DNA of 64,000 nucleotides from a virus. The notes beneath the pieces were generated by a model that was given only the letters and a program-made list of their open reading frames with translations, did not search any database and was not told the origin of the DNA. Made by a program: the position numbers and the translations under genes. The DNA lies in the IMG/VR virus record IMGVR_UViG_3300045988_060114; one strand, given 5' to 3'. Each line of letters begins with the position of its first letter. The first letter of the stretch is position 1. Of this stretch, positions 58,426-64,000 are shown piece after piece.

Positions 58426-58457
58426 AGTGACTATTTGGGAATCATTTCTTATCTTTG
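58415..58457 (+). promoter_or_regulatory. late promoter (TTAACGGATAA-N24-TATCTTTG) of the lysis cassette
   Basis: Element at 58415-58425 (overlapping the upstream stop codon), box at 58450-58457, then ATTATTAATAAT. Confidence 0.65.
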
Positions 58458-58487
58458 CATATTATTAATAATATATAAAGATAAGAT

Positions 58488-58751
58488 ATGACTCCAAACG
58501 TACGTGAAGGATTGCAATATGGCACAGCTATTGGAATGGTGGTGAGCGGCATCGTCCTTGCCTTCCTATCATTCTTCTTGAACAACTATGTGATTTCGGA
58601 TGGTGTGCTCTGGTACATCAGCCAAGCACTTGTTTACTCTGGAGCAATATTCGGAGTAAACGTTTATTTTAAGACCAAGTTGGGTAATTTCGAGAGTAAG
58701 GTGAAGGACGAACTCGCAAGTATGTTGAAACAAGTAAAGGAAAGTAAATAA
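58488..58751 (+). CDS. holin (putative, 2 TM)
   Basis: 87 aa with two hydrophobic helices and a charged C-terminus, immediately upstream of the endolysin. Confidence 0.55.
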   Translation: MTPNVREGLQYGTAIGMVVSGIVLAFLSFFLNNYVISDGVLWYISQALVYSGAIFGVNVYFKTKLGNFESKVKDELASMLKQVKESK

Positions 58752-58752
58752 T

Positions 58753-59301
58753 ATGAAGGTAACAAGAGAACAGATTTTGGATATTATGCCGAATGCGAAG
58801 GCTAAGGTGGATGCTTTTCTGCCTTATATCAATGGTTATGCTGAGGCTTTCAACATTGATACACCTAAGCGTATGGCTCATTTCTTGGCTCAGATAGCGC
58901 ATGAAAGTGGTGAACTGAGATATACCAAGGAACTCGGCAACAAGAACTATTTCCACAAGTATGATGTGGGTAAGTTGAAGAACATGCTCGGCAACTTGAA
59001 GGATGGTGACGGCTACAAGTATCGTGGCAGGGGCTTGATTCAGATTACTGGTAGAGCCAACTATCAGGCTTTTCAGAATAGCAAGCAAGTGACTGATGAT
59101 ATAATGGAGCATCCTGAAATATTGGAGCAGCCACGATATGCTACCAAGAGTGCCATGTGGTGGTGGTGGAAACACGGCTTGAACAAACTGGCTGATAGTG
59201 ATAGCTTTCTTGCTATAACAAAGACCATCAATGGTGGTACTTACGGTTTAGAGCATAGACGTAAGTATTTGAAAAGAGCATTGGTAGCACTCAAAGTGTA
59301 G
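58753..59301 (+). CDS. endolysin, glycoside hydrolase family 19-like
   Basis: RMAHFLAQIAHESGELRYTKE...YRGRGLIQITGRANY...AMWWW is the GH19 chitinase/lysozyme signature. Confidence 0.8.
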   Translation: MKVTREQILDIMPNAKAKVDAFLPYINGYAEAFNIDTPKRMAHFLAQIAHESGELRYTKELGNKNYFHKYDVGKLKNMLGNLKDGDGYKYRGRGLIQITGRANYQAFQNSKQVTDDIMEHPEILEQPRYATKSAMWWWWKHGLNKLADSDSFLAITKTINGGTYGLEHRRKYLKRALVALKV

Positions 59302-59305
59302 GCTT

Positions 59306-59770
59306 ATGAAGAAGTGGTACGATACTGATTTCTGGCAACTCCTGATATATGTTTTGGGTATGTTGCTGATAGCTTTTCTTCTGTCGGGATGCAAGACAAA
59401 ATACGTCCCGATGGAAAAAGTTATATGTCGGGACGTAGTAAAACACGATACGCTGCATACTTCTGACAGCGTTTTCGTGCGTGATTCCGTATATCTCAGA
59501 CAGAAGGGAGATACTTGTTTTCTTGACCGATGGCATGAGAAGACCATCTATAAGAATGTGTATAAGGTGAAGGTGGATTCCTTCCTGAAAAGAGATTCTA
59601 TCCCAGTACCCTATCCAGTAGAGAAGGAGTTATCCAAGTGGGAGCAGTTTCAGTTGAAATACGCTATCTGGTCATTTGGAGCACTCTGTGTCTTGCTAGT
59701 CGTTTTGGGTTATAAACTATATAAAAAGATAAAGAATGGCAGACTTAGTAATTACAATCAAGAGAAGTGA
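59306..59770 (+). CDS. unimolecular spanin-like lipoprotein
   Basis: Lipobox LLSGC at the N-terminus plus a C-terminal TM segment AIWSFGALCVLLVVLGYKLY. Follows the endolysin. Confidence 0.55.
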   Translation: MKKWYDTDFWQLLIYVLGMLLIAFLLSGCKTKYVPMEKVICRDVVKHDTLHTSDSVFVRDSVYLRQKGDTCFLDRWHEKTIYKNVYKVKVDSFLKRDSIPVPYPVEKELSKWEQFQLKYAIWSFGALCVLLVVLGYKLYKKIKNGRLSNYNQEK

Positions 59771-60194
59771 CGTGTATGAGGAGGTAGCGAAGACTACTGC
59801 CTATATAGGCGCAAAGAACAAACTGGAGGATGGTAAGTCGGCATTTGACCAAGTATTTGTGACGGATGCAGACTTGGCAATGATTGAGCGATTCTATAAT
59901 GAATCGGTTGATACATTGATGAATCTCCTGAAACAATTTGTTGAAGAGATTAATGATGAGGATGGAAACATCAACTGGAAGCTGACCTTATCAGATAGAT
60001 TTGATACAAAGATGGAGCCTTCCATTATCCGTTCCGCTACATCATACCTCGTGAACAGCATCATCGGGAAATGGTGCGAGATTACTGCACCTGACAAGGT
60101 GAAGGAGTATGCTGATAACGCTGCTGCATTATTGCTCGACATCAAGGATAAAGCGTTTTTCAAAAAGAAACCAACACGAACAAAAATTTCATAG
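59736..60194 (+). CDS. hypothetical structural protein
   Basis: 152 aa ATG ORF. Confidence 0.45.
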   Translation: MADLVITIKRSDVYEEVAKTTAYIGAKNKLEDGKSAFDQVFVTDADLAMIERFYNESVDTLMNLLKQFVEEINDEDGNINWKLTLSDRFDTKMEPSIIRSATSYLVNSIIGKWCEITAPDKVKEYADNAAALLLDIKDKAFFKKKPTRTKIS

Positions 60195-60195
60195 T

Positions 60196-60699
60196 ATGGC
60201 AAGAAAAAATTTAGCGATAACGTTGTATATGAGTGAACTCATTTATGACTTTCAGAACAAGGCATTCCTGACTGGGCGTAGCAGAAAAGCAGCAGACATG
60301 GATGCTGAGGCTGCCAGCAATATTCAGGCAAGTGATGATGATGAAGACAAGAATCAGGCTTTGCGTAGCATTCAGAATGCGTATAGCCAACTGCTCGTAG
60401 AGTTGAGTGAGTCGGTTCAAACAGGTAATGGTACTACTGCGTCTAACGAGTTGATAAGTGATGATACCGATATTGTCATAAACCTATCCCTTCCATCCAA
60501 TTATCCGCTTGCTTTGAAGGATGCGCTTACCAGTTCCATCCATGACTATATCATCAACAAGGCTTTGATGGATTGGTTCATCATTACCAATCCTAATGAG
60601 TCGAAGACTTATTCAGAATTGTCTGTTGTTGCCATCAAGAATCTGCATGAGACCTTTAACAGACGTGAGAGGCCAAGCAGAACGGCTCCTAACGAATAA
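60196..60699 (+). CDS. hypothetical structural protein
   Basis: The ATG at 60196 sits directly after the upstream stop. Confidence 0.45.
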   Translation: MARKNLAITLYMSELIYDFQNKAFLTGRSRKAADMDAEAASNIQASDDDEDKNQALRSIQNAYSQLLVELSESVQTGNGTTASNELISDDTDIVINLSLPSNYPLALKDALTSSIHDYIINKALMDWFIITNPNESKTYSELSVVAIKNLHETFNRRERPSRTAPNE

Positions 60700-60713
60700 G
60701 GAAGGAGGTGAGT

Positions 60714-61268
60714 ATGAAAGAATGCAGAACATGTAATCTTGGTTACAAGGTAATGATAGAGCTTCAGAAGAAGGAACTGGTGTTTGACATCAAAAATACG
60801 GCTTATGTCTATGCTGATTCCATCTCCAGTTCTGTAGAAGACCTACACCTGATACATAATGTATATGATGTGGGCGAGGATTGTAATCGGGATAAATTGG
60901 CTAGGATTCTTGACTCAGCGGTAGAAGACTGCAAGGAAATGCTTTTCCGATATACCAAGATGGAAATGCTTGGAGGTGGCTTTGATTCCAATGAGTGGGA
61001 AGAATGCGTAGGTTCCCCGACAAATGATGAGGATGCCTATTATCTAGCCATGAGAATGCCAAGTGGATTCTCGAAAACAAGCGTGCATACCATGATGGTA
61101 TATATCCATAACTATATTGTATATTATTGCTTATACGAATGGTTGATGCTTGTATATCCTGACGGTGCTGATAGGTTATGGGAACTTGCCGATGAAAATA
61201 AACAGAAGATTAAGGATGCCAGCAATCGCTCGGCTGGAAGAGCGAGAATCGCATTGCATCCATTTTAA
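60714..61268 (+). CDS. hypothetical protein
   Basis: The ATG at 60714 is preceded by AAGGAGGTGAGT. Confidence 0.45.
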   Translation: MKECRTCNLGYKVMIELQKKELVFDIKNTAYVYADSISSSVEDLHLIHNVYDVGEDCNRDKLARILDSAVEDCKEMLFRYTKMEMLGGGFDSNEWEECVGSPTNDEDAYYLAMRMPSGFSKTSVHTMMVYIHNYIVYYCLYEWLMLVYPDGADRLWELADENKQKIKDASNRSAGRARIALHPF

Positions 61269-61300
61269 TGTATTAGTCGTTTTAGGTTAATGTAAAAGCA

Positions 61301-61331
61301 AGGGTAGCTATCCATCACGGACGGCTACCCT
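61301..61331. terminator. bidirectional hairpin between convergent operons
   Basis: AGGGTAGC (61301-61308) pairs with GCTACCCT (61324-61331). Confidence 0.55.
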
Positions 61332-61368
61332 TTATTGTATTAAATGACAATAGTTATATTATCTAAGT

Positions 61369-62241
61369 TTATGTTCCACTAGACGTGGATTCCTGCTTGG
61401 TTGTAACGGAACCGCTGACAGCAGCATCAATATTTCCGCTTACTGATGCGCTGACAGAACCACTTACAACCGTCTTGATAGACTCAGGTAAAGTCTTGAC
61501 GTTAATATCTGTAGCTGCCAGCTTCAATCCATTCTTCTGCTGGTCGGCATACTGGTTCTTATCCTGAGCGATAAAGTTATTCATAGCAGTAGCTATGTTG
61601 TAGAGCAGTTTATCGGTGTCGCTGCTGAGAGAATCAGAATCAACCGATGCGTACTTATTGTTCTCAACGGTTGCCGATGTTGTCTCCTTCTCACGATACA
61701 GAACAGCCTGATTGATGAACTCCTGAGCAAACAAGAATGACTTGCTTACAAGTTGTTTAATCTTGGTGTTGTCTATGTTAAGTGGATTTTCATACTGCTG
61801 GAGCATAGACTGCAAGCAACTTGCTGCTACTTCTTCTCTAGGCTGTAGGGTAGCAATTGAGAAGATTTCTTCTGTTTTGTCACTTTCCTCTGTTCCACCT
61901 GTTTCCGATGTGGTTGCTATTCCATTTCTAGGGAATGGGCGAGCATTTGATGTTCCATCGGAAGAAGTTTCTCTGACGAGTTTCGTTCCAGTTGTCTTTG
62001 TGATAGAGGATTCTACTATCTTTAGCAACTGCTTATCTCCATTTACATAAAAATAGCCATTTACTAAGAACTCATATTGCTTTCCGTCTAACATGATGTA
62101 GCCGAAGTAGTCTGACCTTCTTATTTCATAGAACTTTATTTCTGTAGCTATATGCACTTTGTTGTTGGCATCCATATAGCCTACGGATGCTCCATTTCGT
62201 GCACGCTGTGAATCGAAAGCTAATAATGTATATTCTGCCAT
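61369..62241 (-). CDS. hypothetical structural protein
   Basis: 290 aa ATG ORF. Confidence 0.5.
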   Translation of the reverse strand: MAEYTLLAFDSQRARNGASVGYMDANNKVHIATEIKFYEIRRSDYFGYIMLDGKQYEFLVNGYFYVNGDKQLLKIVESSITKTTGTKLVRETSSDGTSNARPFPRNGIATTSETGGTEESDKTEEIFSIATLQPREEVAASCLQSMLQQYENPLNIDNTKIKQLVSKSFLFAQEFINQAVLYREKETTSATVENNKYASVDSDSLSSDTDKLLYNIATAMNNFIAQDKNQYADQQKNGLKLAATDINVKTLPESIKTVVSGSVSASVSGNIDAAVSGSVTTKQESTSSGT

Positions 62242-62243
62242 AA

Positions 62244-64000
62244 TTATCTGAGTTTATTTTGTAATCTTGATTGGAACTCTGTAGATAGTGCGCTGATAGA
62301 TTCGTTTGGGGCAAGGTTACCCATGAACACGACCCTGAAATATTTGTATGGGGAACCTACAAGATTTCTGAGATACATATTTGTAGACGAACCAACGTAA
62401 TACCAATTAGATAAATCATTACTTCCAAATAGAACCGTTCCACACTTTCCTTCCTGAATGATTCTGAAATATCCTCTTGTGATACAATCAAACATGGTCT
62501 TATAAGCATCTTGTCCAAGCGTTAAAGGTCGGCTGCAAAGGAAGAATGGAACATTATCTATAGGTTCCTTTACGTACACATCAAGTATGTTTCCTGCTTT
62601 GTCTGTAGCGTATGACTCAGGATATATATTTACTCGCTTGTTGAAGACATTGTGCATGGCTCCCCACATCTTGCTTTTCAAAGAGTAAACGTAAGCATAA
62701 GTATAGTTCGGGTTAAAGACGATGATACGACTATCATAATAGTCGTAAATCATATCTGCTTCTTCGATATACTTACGGAAATGGACATACTTTACATCAG
62801 ACTCAGGAATTTTACCTAGTGCAAGGAGTTTGTTCGGATAGGTCTTATCCTTTGTTGAATGTGAGTAAATAGAGGGAAAATAGAAAGGATAATCATCCAA
62901 TACATCGGTAATGCACTCAGATTCTCGTCCTCTCTGCATCATGATTCCTCGTTCTGTAGGGAATAGAACGGCATCATCAATCTGCAAGATACCCTTCGGG
63001 TTGGAGCAAATATCTCTATTGGCTGGCTGTCGGGCAATATAGGTTCCTTCTTCTCCAAGCATCAATACCCATACACCTTCATCGGTAAAAGCGTATAGAG
63101 GAGCATCACCAAATTGACCTTCGCTTATTGGTCTAGTGTTAGCGGCAAGTGTATTTATGATAGAAGAACCAACCTGAACACTATTCTTTGCAGGGAAGAT
63201 TAGAGGATTCTCAGCTTCGCTTACTTTCACAACAGAAGAATATGGAAGTGCATTTGTGTTTGTTTTATAGTTTTCGTACTTGCTTACAATATTGTTCCAT
63301 TCCTCTTCTGATGAGGTTTCCCATGGTAAAGCAAATTGCGGTACGTTTTCCTTTCCTTCTCCTTCTACGTAAAAAGAGAATGCTGTAGTTTCGGAAGAAT
63401 GCAAGTTTACCGTAGATTTCTCAAACACAGAAGTTCCAGTCTTTTTATAGAATGTGATTTCAGATACATTTAAGATTGGTACACATACAAAGTAATATAG
63501 TCTTGCACCTAAATCATCAACCTTGCACCAAAATTCTTTGTTTGATGCTTTCACTCTAACTATTCCTTCTGTATTTAATTGTGCATCGTTTGATAAGTTT
63601 GATAATGCTGGAGTGATATTACTTATCAAATCAACATTATATCCTTCTTTTACATTCCCCACATGAAGTCTATTATTGTATGTAATCGCACATTTACCTC
63701 CTAAATCAGAACGGTATAGGTTAGCCAAAGATAAAGACTCTTCCGTTCCCTCAACTCTTTTGAGTTGAAGTTCTTTGCCAATTTCGTCTTTACTGATAAA
63801 TAGTGAATGATAGAATGATAGGGAATCTATAGCATTGGCAGCTTCCTTTCCTGACATCATTGTGAAAAACATTTCACCTTGGTCTTTATCATTTAGTTCA
63901 GGTACAACGTATTTGGCTGCTGCTGATTCTAAATTAACGAATGATTCGGCTTTGCTTAAAAAAATATCAATGCCTTGTATAAGATTTGATATTTTATCAA
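62244..64000 (-). CDS. hypothetical large structural protein, 5' end probably outside the window
   Basis: The frame stays open from 63872 to the window edge (no stop in 63873-64000). The listed Met may be internal. Confidence 0.5.
   Translation of the reverse strand, partial: DKISNLIQGIDIFLSKAESFVNLESAAAKYVVPELNDKDQGEMFFTMMSGKEAANAIDSLSFYHSLFISKDEIGKELQLKRVEGTEESLSLANLYRSDLGGKCAITYNNRLHVGNVKEGYNVDLISNITPALSNLSNDAQLNTEGIVRVKASNKEFWCKVDDLGARLYYFVCVPILNVSEITFYKKTGTSVFEKSTVNLHSSETTAFSFYVEGEGKENVPQFALPWETSSEEEWNNIVSKYENYKTNTNALPYSSVVKVSEAENPLIFPAKNSVQVGSSIINTLAANTRPISEGQFGDAPLYAFTDEGVWVLMLGEEGTYIARQPANRDICSNPKGILQIDDAVLFPTERGIMMQRGRESECITDVLDDYPFYFPSIYSHSTKDKTYPNKLLALGKIPESDVKYVHFRKYIEEADMIYDYYDSRIIVFNPNYTYAYVYSLKSKMWGAMHNVFNKRVNIYPESYATDKAGNILDVYVKEPIDNVPFFLCSRPLTLGQDAYKTMFDCITRGYFRIIQEGKCGTVLFGSNDLSNWYYVGSSTNMYLRNLVGSPYKYFRVVFMGNLAPNESISALSTEFQSRLQNKLR

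Noticed and set aside
1-64000. Stop-codon reassignment (TAG or TGA recoding, as in some gut phages), suggested by the in-frame stops in the methyltransferase and the presence of a phage tRNA.
   Set aside because: Every other gene, including a 5431-codon ORF and all structural genes, reads through with the standard code. The tRNA-like gene has a CAU anticodon, not a suppressor anticodon. The methyltransferase also needs frameshifts, not only stop readthrough.

Overview
The whole 64 kb window looks like part of a temperate tailed-phage or prophage genome. The host is probably a Bacteroidota (Bacteroides/Prevotella-like). The evidence for that is repeated TAnnTTTG -7 promoter boxes, a Bacteroides-type tyrosine integrase, a DUF3127 SSB-like gene and a BspA-like LRR fibre. 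Layout: (1) 1-11.3 kb, minus-strand early/recombination module: MazG-like protein, a fragmented C5-methyltransferase, VRR-NUC, DUF3127 SSB-like protein, PD-(D/E)XK exonuclease, annealing protein, a ~1 kb ORF-free island with an atypical tRNA(CAU), an Xis-like HTH protein, a Rha/KilAC antirepressor and a Cro-like protein. (2) 11.3-16 kb, lysogeny module: CI-like repressor followed by four small membrane or secreted genes, then the integrase and an att/operator-like non-coding region. (3) 16-17.6 kb, small accessory islet including a DUF2829 (Tad2-like) protein. (4) 18.2-36.4 kb, an operon dominated by one 16.3 kb ORF (5431 aa). This is a polyvalent multi-domain protein with two zincin motifs, three paralogous YHG[ST]...NYVIF modules and an embedded C5-methyltransferase, with modules separated by a recurrent FS[LI][KR] motif. 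(5) 36.6-64 kb, unknown late genes, an autonomous HTH-P63C moron, LRR and CotH-like fibres, large terminase, a compact rhomboid protease homologue, scaffold-like/capsid/portal genes and a lysis cassette (holin, GH19 endolysin, u-spanin-like). The most notable observations are: an invariant TTAACGGATAA element exactly 35 nt upstream of the -7 box at five late promoters; the modular giant protein with its junction motif; a lysogeny-cassette membrane protein that copies a segment of the giant protein; the fragmented methyltransferase with tandem TRD-like units and a G8 tract; and the phage rhomboid. All functional calls come from motif recognition by eye. No searches were run.
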